A stretch of DNA of 64,000 nt, from the IMG/VR virus record IMGVR_UViG_3300037603_000023, positions 817-64,816 of that record; one strand, given 5' to 3'. The notes beneath the pieces are model-generated. The model was not told the DNA's origin and ran no database searches. It was given only the letters and a program-made list of their open reading frames with translations. Shown here piece by piece: positions 1 to 9,155 of the stretch (position 1 is its first letter; each line of letters opens with the position of its first letter). The DNA comes from a virus. Taxonomy: Duplodnaviria; Caudoviricetes. The position numbers and the translations under genes were made by a program.

Positions 1-1
1 T

Positions 2-91
2 TGGTGGAAGCCGACGACGCCGCGCCGCGACTTGGTTAAGGCCGCTGCATTGATCGTCGCTGAAATTGAGCGGCTTGACCGAGCCATGTAG
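2..91 (+). CDS. 3' end of a conserved phage hypothetical protein (truncated by window edge)
   Basis: My translation of frame 2 gives WWKPTTPRRDLVKAAALIVAEIERLDRAM*, a C-terminal motif I recognise from phage early genes. Confidence 0.6.
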   Translation, partial: WWKPTTPRRDLVKAAALIVAEIERLDRAM

Positions 92-153
92 GGCCTGAAA
101 AAGAGACGAGTTGAAACATTCCACAGGCGCTAGATCCACAGAAAACGGCGGCA

Positions 154-480
154 GTGGATAACCACGCCGCCGTTGGGGTTGGGTCTTGGGATTGGAGCGA
201 GGCAATGACTGATTTGGTGTTGTTCTACAACAGCGACTACGAACCGTTCGCAGCTTTCTATTGGGGTGGCGAAGGGGGCGCGCTGACAAAAGAACAGGCT
301 GTAGCTGAGTTTGAGGCTGCGATCGATCCCGATTATGAATTGATCGAATATGCCAGCGAACCTCGCCTGTTCCATATGCGGAAACAGGATGAGCCGGACG
401 AAGAAGACTACCCATGGGAAATCTGCACGGCCGATGCTGCCGGCGCAACGCCAGCGTTTGGCGTTATATTCGATATCTAG
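154..480 (+). CDS. hypothetical acidic protein
   Basis: 108-aa ORF in a co-directional cluster; start codon uncertain. Confidence 0.6.
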   Translation: MDNHAAVGVGSWDWSEAMTDLVLFYNSDYEPFAAFYWGGEGGALTKEQAVAEFEAAIDPDYELIEYASEPRLFHMRKQDEPDEEDYPWEICTADAAGATPAFGVIFDI

Positions 481-498
481 TCCAGATTGGAGCAAGGC

Positions 499-699
499 AT
501 GGCTGATATTCGAACGACGCCGGGGGGCGGCATGGAGGCGATTGGACACGGGGGCTCTTGGCAGACCGTGCCCAAGGCCGCGCAGCAGGAAATCGAGCGC
601 CTGCGGCGGTCGGTGGCGGAAATGCAGGGCCACACGTTCTTCTGCCAAGACCCCGAGGGCGCTCTGCGCCGCTGGTATCCGCCAGCCGAGTCCGAATAG
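499..699 (+). CDS. small hypothetical protein, paralogue of ORF 61427-61594
   Basis: GGAG RBS before ATG 499; C-terminal MQGHTFFCQDPEGALRRWYPP resembles MQGHVFYCEDDEGVLRRWFPP at 61427. Confidence 0.7.
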   Translation: MADIRTTPGGGMEAIGHGGSWQTVPKAAQQEIERLRRSVAEMQGHTFFCQDPEGALRRWYPPAESE

Positions 700-786
700 G
701 AGCATGCCGCTCGGCTACGCCGACAAATTCACAATGGGTTGGGAGTTCCCGGCCGGCGGCGAAATCTGAAGATAGGAGCGCATGCT

Positions 787-996
787 GTGGCCGAGACATT
801 GGCAAGGCGGTTGAAAGGCGAGCGGGTTGCTTGGGATCTCACTCAACAACGCCTAGCTGACCGCTCAGGTGTTTCGCTCGATCGCATCCGCCGGATAGAG
901 CAGCAGCGATTGTCGCCGAGCGCTAAAGACGCCTATGCAATTTGCCGAGTGCTCAAGCGCGATGTGTTTTGGCTCTTCAATGGCGAAAGAAACTGA
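787..996 (+). CDS. XRE-family HTH transcriptional regulator
   Basis: LTQQRLADRSGVSLDRIRRIEQ...ICRVLKRDVFWL HTH_3 pattern; GGAG RBS 8 nt before GTG 787. Confidence 0.8.
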   Translation: MAETLARRLKGERVAWDLTQQRLADRSGVSLDRIRRIEQQRLSPSAKDAYAICRVLKRDVFWLFNGERN

Positions 997-1013
997 AACC
1001 AGATTGGAGGCAA

Positions 1014-1259
1014 TCACCTCCGGCGCCATCGGTCCAACGCGGGCAGATGCCCCTCACCGCCCGCCGCGATCTGGCTCAATGTCATCTCGACCCGGCCGGC
1101 GCACACCTGGCATTTGAACCGCGCGCCGACATACACGCGCTCGGCCGGGACCGCAGTCAGGTCGATATCCTTGTGCACGCCGCATTGCCGGCAGAAGCCG
1201 GTCAGCTTGTAGCCGTGGCGCAGGAGATCCCCGAAGGTTTTGAGGGTGATTCCGGTCAT
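1014..1259 (-). CDS. small zinc-binding hypothetical protein
   Basis: CRQC and CQVC motifs in 81 aa. Confidence 0.65.
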   Translation of the reverse strand: MTGITLKTFGDLLRHGYKLTGFCRQCGVHKDIDLTAVPAERVYVGARFKCQVCAGRVEMTLSQIAAGGEGHLPALDRWRRR

Positions 1260-1289
1260 GCCAGATCGGTATCACCAACCCCAAACGAC

Positions 1290-1327
1290 AAAAAGCCCCG
1301 CAGTCCGGCGGGACCACGGGGCTCTTT
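1290..1327. terminator. intrinsic terminator (end of late operon, possibly bidirectional)
   Basis: AAAAAGCCCCG...CGGGGCTCTTT inverted repeat with A and T tracts. Confidence 0.65.
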
Positions 1328-1420
1328 CGCGGGACCGACACCGACTGACCCCGAAGCGGGACCGGTCAGCACCGGCAAGCAACCGACGCGGATTGCGCCG
1401 GATCGAACAGGGCAAAGCCC

Positions 1421-1690
1421 CTATTTCGGAATACCTTTGAGATTCTTCGCTATCTCTTCGAGCGTGTGCTGCATATCGGATTGGCGCTTGTCTGTGGCCG
1501 TCTCAACAGCCGCAGCGATGCGCTCGAGTGCGCGGACGGTTCGTTCGGCGTGGTCACGGTCGACAACCGAAACCGGTGCAACGTCCATGGCCGGCGGGGT
1601 CGATTTGGTGCTGAAATACTTGAACCAAGCAGTGAACAGGATGCCGATGCCGGCGATTGCTGCGGTGAGGATTTCAGGCGTTAATTCCAT
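1421..1690 (-). CDS. small membrane protein of lysis region
   Basis: N-terminal TM helix ILTAAIAGIGILFTAWF; overlaps the upstream membrane gene. Confidence 0.65.
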   Translation of the reverse strand: MELTPEILTAAIAGIGILFTAWFKYFSTKSTPPAMDVAPVSVVDRDHAERTVRALERIAAAVETATDKRQSDMQHTLEEIAKNLKGIPK

Positions 1691-2132
1691 GACGCTGCTC
1701 CGAGTATTTTCGATCGATGATTGCGGCGTCGGTGGCAGCACGAAGGACGTTGTGGAAGTCGAGCAACAAGAGCACGGGATAGATCGCCAGGCCGGTCGAC
1801 CACGTCCCGGAGTAGATGAATCCCGCGGTGATCTGGAACCAGAAGAAGCAAGCGGCGAAAGCCCCGATCAGCCTCAGATGTGGCGATCGTCGCCATAGGC
1901 CGTTGATGAACAGGAACAGGATCCTCATCAGCCCGACAAGCAAGCACACAAGACCCCAAGCCTGCTCCGGCATCATCGATGAGAACGTGTTGTAGCTCGG
2001 GCTGATCGAAAACAAGTTGTCGTTCAGCAGGAGCACGACTCCCCAATTGAAGATCATCACCGACAGCGCCCATTCCGAAGCGCGGACGGGGAATGTCTCG
2101 CGTAGTGATTTGGTTGCGTGGTGGTAAATCAT
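1674..2132 (-). CDS. multi-pass membrane protein (holin/antiholin-like)
   Basis: About four hydrophobic segments; directly downstream of spanins. Confidence 0.6.
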   Translation of the reverse strand: MIYHHATKSLRETFPVRASEWALSVMIFNWGVVLLLNDNLFSISPSYNTFSSMMPEQAWGLVCLLVGLMRILFLFINGLWRRSPHLRLIGAFAACFFWFQITAGFIYSGTWSTGLAIYPVLLLLDFHNVLRAATDAAIIDRKYSEQRHGINA

Positions 2133-2485
2133 TGCGGCCTTCCAATGTTGGTTTTCACTTCGTCGTACCAGGTGGCACATTCTCGGATTTGCCCGTTTGC
2201 CCGGAACAGCGCGCGGTCGGTTTTGACGAGAGCGGCGTCGAGCCGGTCTCCGGTGGTGACGCCAGATCGATAGGTTCGTCTGCAGTCTTCGGGATACTCC
2301 GGGAGGGTCCGCCCGATCCGCTGGGCCTCTTCCGCGACAGATAGCGCGTTTTCAACCTGCTCGGCACTTGCTCGCTCCCGCTCGGCCGCGACGAACCTAC
2401 CGTCCGCGCAGCCTGCCAAGGAGATCAGGATCAACAGCACAATCACCGGCAACAGGGCGCGAAAGCAGATCTGCCAAGTCGTCAT
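2129..2485 (-). CDS. o-spanin (Rz1-like lipoprotein)
   Basis: Signal peptide with lipobox LISLAGC; overlaps the i-spanin 3' end. Confidence 0.7.
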   Translation of the reverse strand: MTTWQICFRALLPVIVLLILISLAGCADGRFVAAERERASAEQVENALSVAEEAQRIGRTLPEYPEDCRRTYRSGVTTGDRLDAALVKTDRALFRANGQIRECATWYDEVKTNIGRPQ

Positions 2486-2816
2486 TGAGAATCTCGTTTT
2501 CTGTCTGGATAGCGGCCAGCCGCCGAGAGAGGTTCACCCGGGCGTTGATCTCTGCCATGAGCCGCTGATTGGCTTCTGCCGCCAGCTTGCCGCGGGCAGC
2601 GCTGATCTTCTCTTCGGCCTCGAGCTTGGCTTCCAGTGCCGCGATCTCGGCGCCGGCGACCATTTCCTTGACGCGCTCGTTGACGGCCTGCCGGATGGCG
2701 CTCGACTTGTCGAACTGCACCCAGGCCAAGGCTGCGAGGATCATCGCCACGGGGATCGGGATGGTGAAGCCGAGGATGCGCCAGATGAGCTTCATGATAG
2801 CCGGGCCAGAGATCAC
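2397..2816 (-). CDS. i-spanin (Rz-like)
   Basis: N-terminal TM then long coiled coil; position after holin and endolysin. Confidence 0.7.
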   Translation of the reverse strand: MISGPAIMKLIWRILGFTIPIPVAMILAALAWVQFDKSSAIRQAVNERVKEMVAGAEIAALEAKLEAEEKISAARGKLAAEANQRLMAEINARVNLSRRLAAIQTENEILNDDLADLLSRPVAGDCAVDPDLLGRLRGR

Positions 2817-3061
2817 AGTGGCGGCTCCTGATCCTGATAGGCATCCGCGCCCAAGTGCTGCATCACGTTCTTGTCGTCATAAGCGGCCCCGAACACGTAG
2901 GCGCCAATCACCGACCCAGCGAGGAAGAAGCAGGCATTGGCGACCGCTGACGCGAGGTTGGTGTCCTCGCCCTTCCAGATCAGCCAGATCACCATGCCGG
3001 CGCAGAACAGGAGCGTGCCGTGCACGATCCGGCGGCGAGCATTCCAGGGTGGGCGCTTCAT
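2813..3061 (-). CDS. putative holin
   Basis: 82 aa, two TM helices, basic N-terminus, in lysis cassette. Confidence 0.6.
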   Translation of the reverse strand: MKRPPWNARRRIVHGTLLFCAGMVIWLIWKGEDTNLASAVANACFFLAGSVIGAYVFGAAYDDKNVMQHLGADAYQDQEPPL

Positions 3062-3333
3062 CGTGAAATCCCCGCGTCACCATCCCAATCACTATGGATT
3101 CGAACGGTCCTGCCGGTCATGACTGCCTCAGCCATCCCAAGGTTCATTTCGCGACCCATTATCGAGGCGAACCGCTCAGCAGTGACGAGGGTTTTCAGCG
3201 TGAGCACCCCAATCCTGGAGGGGTCTCTGTCGACCGGGAAATTCGCTCCAGCGGCCAGAACCGTGGCGAGCGGGATAACAAGGCTTCCGTTTTCGATTCG
3301 GATTGCCTGATCCTGTTTCTGTTTCTCACCCAT
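3058..3333 (-). CDS. hypothetical protein in lysis cassette
   Basis: ATG overlaps the endolysin stop; stop overlaps the holin start. Confidence 0.55.
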   Translation of the reverse strand: MGEKQKQDQAIRIENGSLVIPLATVLAAGANFPVDRDPSRIGVLTLKTLVTAERFASIMGREMNLGMAEAVMTGRTVRIHSDWDGDAGISR

Positions 3334-4037
3334 CAACGTGTTCCACCCATGCTGCCGCTCGCGCCAGATTCGATGAGCGCCGGATAGGCTTTCATCGGGA
3401 ATGTCTTCGGCCAGCGGAAGGCGATGAACTTGTCCAGCGGGAACCACGAGAGCGTGATCGCATTCGACTGGTTGCCGCCCAGGAGCTTCACGCGCCGCCG
3501 ACGCGCGTCGTACTCAGCAACGATGCCGACATGCCCCGCCTTCGCCGACCAGCGGATGACACCGATAGCGCCGATATCGGCGGGCCCGGCTTTATGTCCG
3601 AAATTCGCCCAGCCCTGCGCCCAGAACGGGTTGTCAGGGACCGGTTCATCCGGGAGCGTCTTGACGATCGCGCTCTCGATCGCGTCACCGCACCATGGAA
3701 GCCGCGCAGGATTGCCGAGGAACTTGCCGATGCGAAGCCAGGCAGACAGCGCAGCGTTGTCGCGGACTTCATGCAGCCCCTTCTTGCGGTACATTTCCGC
3801 CATCCATGGAGGCATGGTTTCTGTCGGAGTCTTCGGTTGCGGCCGGGTTTCACCTGACAGGTTTTTCCGCAGCGCTGCCACAGTCGCATTGTCAGCCAGT
3901 CCCGACACCGGTAGTCCCTTGCTCTTCTGGAAAGCCTTCAGCGCTTCGCGGCTGCGAACGCCAAATGCTCCACCGACCGGGCCGGGATTATGGCCATGCG
4001 TCATCAGCCGGGACTGAACCCAGGTTTCGAAGCTCAT
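3333..4037 (-). CDS. endolysin: peptidoglycan-binding domain plus NlpC/P60-CHAP (TIGR02594-like) domain
   Basis: G..G..SREALKAFQKSKGLPVSGLAD PG-binding motif; LPWCG, GHVG and LLGGNQSN catalytic motifs. Confidence 0.9.
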   Translation of the reverse strand: MSFETWVQSRLMTHGHNPGPVGGAFGVRSREALKAFQKSKGLPVSGLADNATVAALRKNLSGETRPQPKTPTETMPPWMAEMYRKKGLHEVRDNAALSAWLRIGKFLGNPARLPWCGDAIESAIVKTLPDEPVPDNPFWAQGWANFGHKAGPADIGAIGVIRWSAKAGHVGIVAEYDARRRRVKLLGGNQSNAITLSWFPLDKFIAFRWPKTFPMKAYPALIESGASGSMGGTR

Positions 4038-4057
4038 AACAATGTCCTTATGTGTTC

Positions 4058-4092
4058 GCTGCCTGCGGCCTCGCTGAAGAACCGCAGGCAGC
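4058..4092. terminator. 11-bp stem-loop between tail and lysis genes
   Basis: GCTGCCTGCGG...CCGCAGGCAGC perfect inverted repeat. Confidence 0.45.
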
Positions 4093-4123
4093 TTTCTTGC
4101 CGGCAATGCCAGACCGGCAATCT

Positions 4124-5140
4124 CTATCTGCTATCGACGCCGGCTCCGTCGCTGGGCATTTTGAGGCCAAGCGAAACTGTGTAGCCGCCACCTTTGCTTA
4201 TCTGGCCCTTCACATCGTCAATCCGGTAGGATCCGTCGACGCCCGGGCGACAGCCCGACACTTTGCAGACGGCTTCCGGCTCAGCTGCTGGATCGCCGAG
4301 GATGGTGACGCTGCCGCCGCCCTTCCGGCGATTGCTCTCTTTCGAGTGGGACTTGGCGCGGTCCTCGGCATGCCCCTTCTTGGCTGCAGAAATCACGGTC
4401 CGGACGGCCGCCTCGACGTCGTCGATGCCGGTCGGCACCTTGACGCTCACGCGCTCGCCCTTGTCCTTGTCGAAGTAGGAGATCTCGGCGTCCTTGAACT
4501 TCGGTCGACTGACGATGGGTTCGATCTCGGCAGAGATCAGATTGACGCCGGCCGCCGCGGTGATCTGTGTCAGCGGGCGCCCGGAAACAGAAAGCCCCTC
4601 GTTGCGAGGGGCTATGAAGGCTCGGTTTCCGATGACGCGGAATGTCCCGCCCATCTCCCTGGCCATTCGCTGGCCCCACGACATGAAGCTCTCATTCTGC
4701 ATGATCCAATAGTCACGCTCGATAGAGGCGATGTCGCCGATGGCAGTCGCATCGAGACCGGCCTTCTGGCCCCACTCGCGGAACACGTCACCGAAACTGG
4801 AGTCATCCTTGTTCCGAAGGTCGGGCTCCTTCACCTTTCCACCGTGATCGGCCGATGAGGCGCTGATCTTGAGGTTCCGCCCGCTCTTCTTGTCGATCGA
4901 CCAGGCAACGCCGGTCACGAACCCCGTAAACACCTCAACGCCGGAAATCGATGCCTGAATGGGCGCCCGGTCCTGCGGCATCGCAATCGATCCGTCCACA
5001 TCCGCAAGATCGAAAGAGGCGCTGCTAGCCGCCTTTCCGGCGGCATGGCTGTATTCGAAGCTTTGGATTAGAGGCAGGAAGTTGCTGGTAACGTCGATCC
5101 CGCCGACGCTCACGGAGAACCTGTGCTTGATGAAGCTCAC
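4124..5140 (-). CDS. P2 gpD-like tail/baseplate hub protein (late control D)
   Basis: QNESFMSWGQRMARE motif, size and synteny after gpU/gpX; GTG start overlaps the tail X stop. Confidence 0.85.
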   Translation of the reverse strand: MSFIKHRFSVSVGGIDVTSNFLPLIQSFEYSHAAGKAASSASFDLADVDGSIAMPQDRAPIQASISGVEVFTGFVTGVAWSIDKKSGRNLKISASSADHGGKVKEPDLRNKDDSSFGDVFREWGQKAGLDATAIGDIASIERDYWIMQNESFMSWGQRMAREMGGTFRVIGNRAFIAPRNEGLSVSGRPLTQITAAAGVNLISAEIEPIVSRPKFKDAEISYFDKDKGERVSVKVPTGIDDVEAAVRTVISAAKKGHAEDRAKSHSKESNRRKGGGSVTILGDPAAEPEAVCKVSGCRPGVDGSYRIDDVKGQISKGGGYTVSLGLKMPSDGAGVDSR

Positions 5141-5364
5141 GACCAGAGCCTTATGACTTCGCGCGCCGGCTCGCTGGATGCGGAGACCTTCTCGATCGGA
5201 ACCTCGATCACTGTCCCGACCGGAATTTCGGCGTTCGCGGAGAGGCCGAAATTCAAGCCAAGGCAAGATTCAACAAGGCCATCCGGCAGGCGCTTGTAGC
5301 GCGCCCAGAGAACGCTCGACAAGGTCAGCCCCTCGCGCTCTACGGTGATGCTTTCTGTGATCAC
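5137..5364 (-). CDS. P2 gpX-like tail protein (LysM-like)
   Basis: 75 aa, TLSSVLWARY...N.GL...IPVGTVIEVP pattern. Confidence 0.85.
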   Translation of the reverse strand: MITESITVEREGLTLSSVLWARYKRLPDGLVESCLGLNFGLSANAEIPVGTVIEVPIEKVSASSEPAREVIRLWS

Positions 5365-5783
5365 GAAAGAAGCCTCAGAATATTGGTGATGACGCCGATT
5401 CCGCTTGGCGTGCCCGTGCGCAGCAGAGATGCTTTGAACTCGATGGATCTGCCGATGCTGGTTGGATCAAGATCCTCATCGTCGCGCTTGACCACGTCGA
5501 CGATGACCCAGCCCATGGCCGAAAGGTCCGCCAGCATAAATGGAAGCGGAATACGGGATTTCGACGCACCAAGAAGCATCGTAAACCCGCCGTCTACCCC
5601 AAGTGACCGCGGCTTGATGACGCCCGAAATCTCGATGCTCGCTTCCCCGATCCCCATGTCCTCGTAGACAGGAGCGGTTCCGATCACATCGTGCTTTGCG
5701 TAGGCGTTCTGCCATTGGTATCGAATGGACTGAAGGTTGGTCTTCAGCGTGAAGGTGCAGAGGCCGATGGTTGCCAGATTCAT
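5361..5783 (-). CDS. P2 gpU-like tail tube initiator
   Basis: WQNAYAKHDVIGTAPVYEDMGIGEASIEISG pattern; synteny. Confidence 0.8.
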   Translation of the reverse strand: MNLATIGLCTFTLKTNLQSIRYQWQNAYAKHDVIGTAPVYEDMGIGEASIEISGVIKPRSLGVDGGFTMLLGASKSRIPLPFMLADLSAMGWVIVDVVKRDDEDLDPTSIGRSIEFKASLLRTGTPSGIGVITNILRLLS

Positions 5784-5794
5784 GGTCTTCGCTC

Positions 5795-8101
5795 CTACCA
5801 GCCGCCGCCACCGGAGTCGCTGTAGACTTGGTTGACCTTGCCCTGGACGCTAGATTTCGCCTTTGCGCCGGCAGCGCTGGCTGCGGCGTCTACGCCGCGC
5901 AGCAGGCCCATCAATTCCCGAGCGAGATTGACCGCGCCCTGAAGACTCGACGTATCGACCTGCGGGGATGCGGTGACCGACAGAGAATCCTTGATCTGCT
6001 GTCCAGCCTGCGCTGCTTCGCTGGTTGCAGATGAGAAGTCAGGCGCAGGTGTCGGGTAAGCAAAATCTGAGATTCCCGGTGCAGAAACGTCAGAGGGGCG
6101 CGGGGACGGAATAGGGGTCTGTCCAGTGCTCGAGCCAATATCACGAGCGCGCTTGCCGACACGGCGCGGGGGGCCAGAAGACCCGGCGCCGACCACCCGC
6201 ATGAACTCGGTGTAGTTGTCTACTGAGGGCTTTGGCGCCGGCCCCGAAAGCTCTTCTGCCACCCTGCGAGCCTCGTCGCGCATCTTCTGGCGCTCTTCGG
6301 CTGTGGCATCCATATACTCGTTATCAGCGGTCGAGCCAGACAGCGCCAACGGAAGAGTCAGGGCAGTCCCACCGATAAGCCCAGGACCGCGACGCCCACC
6401 TCTACGTCTATTGCCACCACCGCCATCAACGGCATCAGCACCAGCAGCACCTTTCAGCGCCGCGGCTGCGGCCGACAGTTCAACGGCCGCGCCCGAAAGG
6501 GCTGGGCCGGCCGCGAGAAACTTGTAGAGGCTATAGCCTGCAAATCCGGTAGCAGCCGCGCCGCCCACAAGGCCGGCAGTGCCAAGTGCGTCCTGCAGCA
6601 TCGGGCTCTTTTCGATCGTCTGAGCGAACGAGCGAACAGCATCGGCGGTATTGTTGAGGAACCCGATGACGAGAGAGCCTTCACCGCCGATAGCGGCAGC
6701 CAGATCACCCCATGCATTTTGGAAGTCTTCAAGCGCCAAGAATGGGTCGGCCCGGCGAGCCCGGTCCGCAACCTCGATGCCTTGAGTGCGCCGGATCTGG
6801 TCAAGACTCTTCTCGAACTGCTCGGACTGCGTGACCATGCGCGTGAGCAACATGGTCGCGTTGGAGTTTCGGGAGAGCTTGGCGATCGCGTGAGTGACCT
6901 CGCCATCGTTGGTGAGATCAACGCCTGCCTTCTCGAGAGCCGGGACCAGATAGGTCTTTGCCCATGCGTAAGGGTTCTCGCCGAACATCTGACGATCGAC
7001 AAGCTCTCCGCGGCCTAGGCCCGAACGGATGCCAAGATCGCGCTGCGCCTGAAGGTCTGCTTTCGCGGCTGTATCGCGAGCACCGATCACAAACGCCTTG
7101 TAAGCCATGGCGACGGCATTACCGGCGGTATCTGCGCCCATGTCCTGCATGAGAATTGGCGCAACAGTGGTCAGGAACTCGTTGGAAAGGGCCGAACCCG
7201 CGACCTTGGATCGTCGGGCGAACTGCCAGAACTGGCCGACATCGAGGTCCATACCCTCGATCTGGGATGCGCGAACGAAGCCTTCGATCACGGACTTGAC
7301 CTGGTCGATGCCAAGTTCACCGCCGGCGTTGACGCCGAGGTTGTCCATACCTTTCTGCAGGCGCATCATCTCGGATGTTCCGGCGGAAAGCCCCTTCGTC
7401 GACTGGAGGACGACCATGGCCTTGACCATGTCCTCGAGAATCGCCCCTCCCCGCGTCGTATCGCCCATCAGGTTGCGCGACGTGCGGGCCATTTCCATCG
7501 TCTGGGTGGTGCTGACAGAGCCGTACTGGCTGGTCAGACCCATGGATGAAGCAAAGATCTGCTGGCGCTCTTCAGGCGTCAGGCCCGCCATCTCCTGCCG
7601 GAAGATCTCACGGCGACGTTCAGCCCACGAACTGACGCCGCCCCGGGCGGCCACACCGCCGAGATAGGCAGTCGTGTAGGCGCCCATGGATACGAGAGCG
7701 GCCTTACCCAGCCAGCCCGCCCCGCCCTTGAATACCTGGCCGAGCTTGGAAACTTCCGAGTGAGTGCGGGCAGCTTCCGCGCGAACCTGCGCGAACGCGC
7801 CGACGGTGGATGTCCGCCAAGTGGAGACTTCCGAGCGAGCCAGGGCTTTCGACAGGCTCCGGTCCTTGATGCCCTGCTGCAGCCGGTTCCAGTCGTTCTG
7901 GACGTATGCCATCTCCTTTCCGGAGGCGCGCAGACTGTCCAGTTGCTTCTGCATCCCGGCGCCCCACGGGGCAGCCGCAAGCCGCTTCTGTGCAGCTTCG
8001 ATCTTGCGAAGAGACTGGTCGATCGACGCCGCTGCAGCCTTTGCCGGTCCGCTGGCGTTGTCCTTTACGCCGATCTGCAGCAGGCCAAGTATGGTGCGCA
8101 C
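5795..8101 (-). CDS. tail tape measure protein
   Basis: 768 aa Ala/Gly-rich helical protein between tail chaperone and gpU. Confidence 0.9.
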   Translation of the reverse strand: MRTILGLLQIGVKDNASGPAKAAAASIDQSLRKIEAAQKRLAAAPWGAGMQKQLDSLRASGKEMAYVQNDWNRLQQGIKDRSLSKALARSEVSTWRTSTVGAFAQVRAEAARTHSEVSKLGQVFKGGAGWLGKAALVSMGAYTTAYLGGVAARGGVSSWAERRREIFRQEMAGLTPEERQQIFASSMGLTSQYGSVSTTQTMEMARTSRNLMGDTTRGGAILEDMVKAMVVLQSTKGLSAGTSEMMRLQKGMDNLGVNAGGELGIDQVKSVIEGFVRASQIEGMDLDVGQFWQFARRSKVAGSALSNEFLTTVAPILMQDMGADTAGNAVAMAYKAFVIGARDTAAKADLQAQRDLGIRSGLGRGELVDRQMFGENPYAWAKTYLVPALEKAGVDLTNDGEVTHAIAKLSRNSNATMLLTRMVTQSEQFEKSLDQIRRTQGIEVADRARRADPFLALEDFQNAWGDLAAAIGGEGSLVIGFLNNTADAVRSFAQTIEKSPMLQDALGTAGLVGGAAATGFAGYSLYKFLAAGPALSGAAVELSAAAAALKGAAGADAVDGGGGNRRRGGRRGPGLIGGTALTLPLALSGSTADNEYMDATAEERQKMRDEARRVAEELSGPAPKPSVDNYTEFMRVVGAGSSGPPRRVGKRARDIGSSTGQTPIPSPRPSDVSAPGISDFAYPTPAPDFSSATSEAAQAGQQIKDSLSVTASPQVDTSSLQGAVNLARELMGLLRGVDAAASAAGAKAKSSVQGKVNQVYSDSGGGGW

Positions 8102-8105
8102 TTTG

Positions 8106-8252
8106 TCAACCTTCCTTCATGGCTTCAGCTTCAGCCTTCTTGAGAGCCATTGCCTCGCCAAGCCACATGATCAGTTCGTCCCACTCGAAGCCCATCGTGA
8201 CGTCGAGCGGGGTTTTGAACTCGCGAGAGACTACTGCGACGTAAATTCGCCA
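8106..8252 (-). CDS. P2 gpE'-like frameshift extension of the tail assembly chaperone
   Basis: The -1 frame relative to 8231-8596 reads WRIYVAVVSREFKTPLDVTMGFEWDELIMWLGEAMALKKAEAEAMKEG* and ends just before the tape measure. Confidence 0.6.
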   Translation of the reverse strand, partial: WRIYVAVVSREFKTPLDVTMGFEWDELIMWLGEAMALKKAEAEAMKEG

Positions 8253-8596
8253 CTCTCCAATGCGCGCTTGAATGCCTCCTTCAAGCGCGCGGGCGTAAAA
8301 GCGTCGACGACCTCAGAAATAGCATCCTGATCGTCCATGGAGAGCGCGACCCACACTTCAGCAGGAATGTCGGCGCCGATTGGCACAAGCGACTCACTGT
8401 CCTCGACCGAGGCAGCGGCAACCATATACGCCCGGATTTCCTTCGCGGGGCAGACGCGGACATGCACCGTCTCGTAGACCTCGCCGTCGAACTCGACGGG
8501 GAACTGAAGGGGTACATCCTTGCCGGGATGCACCATGCGGGCGGTTGGGCGGGCGACGGTTTCTTCCGTCGCCCCTTCTGTTTCGGCATTGTTCAT
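8231..8596 (-). CDS. tail assembly chaperone (P2 gpE-like)
   Basis: VPLQFPVEFDGEVYETVHVR motif; between tube and tape measure. Confidence 0.85.
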   Translation of the reverse strand: MNNAETEGATEETVARPTARMVHPGKDVPLQFPVEFDGEVYETVHVRVCPAKEIRAYMVAAASVEDSESLVPIGADIPAEVWVALSMDDQDAISEVVDAFTPARLKEAFKRALESGEFTSQ

Positions 8597-8606
8597 TGGT
8601 CAGTCC

Positions 8607-9143
8607 TTACACAAGCCCGAGGTTGCGGGAGAGCTCCGGGAACATCGGCTGACCATTGCGGCGGTAGCCGGAAGGCCCCGCGAAATAGTCAAACCAGAAG
8701 ATTTCCTGGCCGTTCTTGTAGAGCTCGTAGTTCACGATCTCCTTGATTTCGAATTCGGAACCGACATCGGATTCCTTCTCGAAATCTTTGTGAGTGACGC
8801 GCACCATGCGCCCCTCAACGATCGCCACGAGCGAGACATCGATGTCCTTCTTGAGATCGCGAAGATTCGCGCGGACCGTGTATTTGATCCGCGAGGACGG
8901 CATGAAGCGTGTCATAACGTCGGTATCGATGCCAGTCATCGAGAACTTCAGCGTGCCCATGGTGAACGAGCGCTCGCCCATTTCGAGGGTCATGACGTGG
9001 CCACCAGCCTTGTGCGACATAGTGGCTTCCTCGAGGTCTAGGATGATCCCCACGCTCTTGATCTTGAGATGCAGCGATGCGCTCGGGTCGTCGTCGCCGA
9101 CGAAGAGGTTCGCCGCGTCGATGCGTTCGATTGTGTTCGCCAT
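8607..9143 (-). CDS. major tail tube protein (P2 FII-like)
   Basis: 178 aa after sheath; EIFWFDYF C-terminal motif. Confidence 0.85.
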   Translation of the reverse strand: MANTIERIDAANLFVGDDDPSASLHLKIKSVGIILDLEEATMSHKAGGHVMTLEMGERSFTMGTLKFSMTGIDTDVMTRFMPSSRIKYTVRANLRDLKKDIDVSLVAIVEGRMVRVTHKDFEKESDVGSEFEIKEIVNYELYKNGQEIFWFDYFAGPSGYRRNGQPMFPELSRNLGLV

Positions 9144-9155
9144 ATTGGTGGCTCC

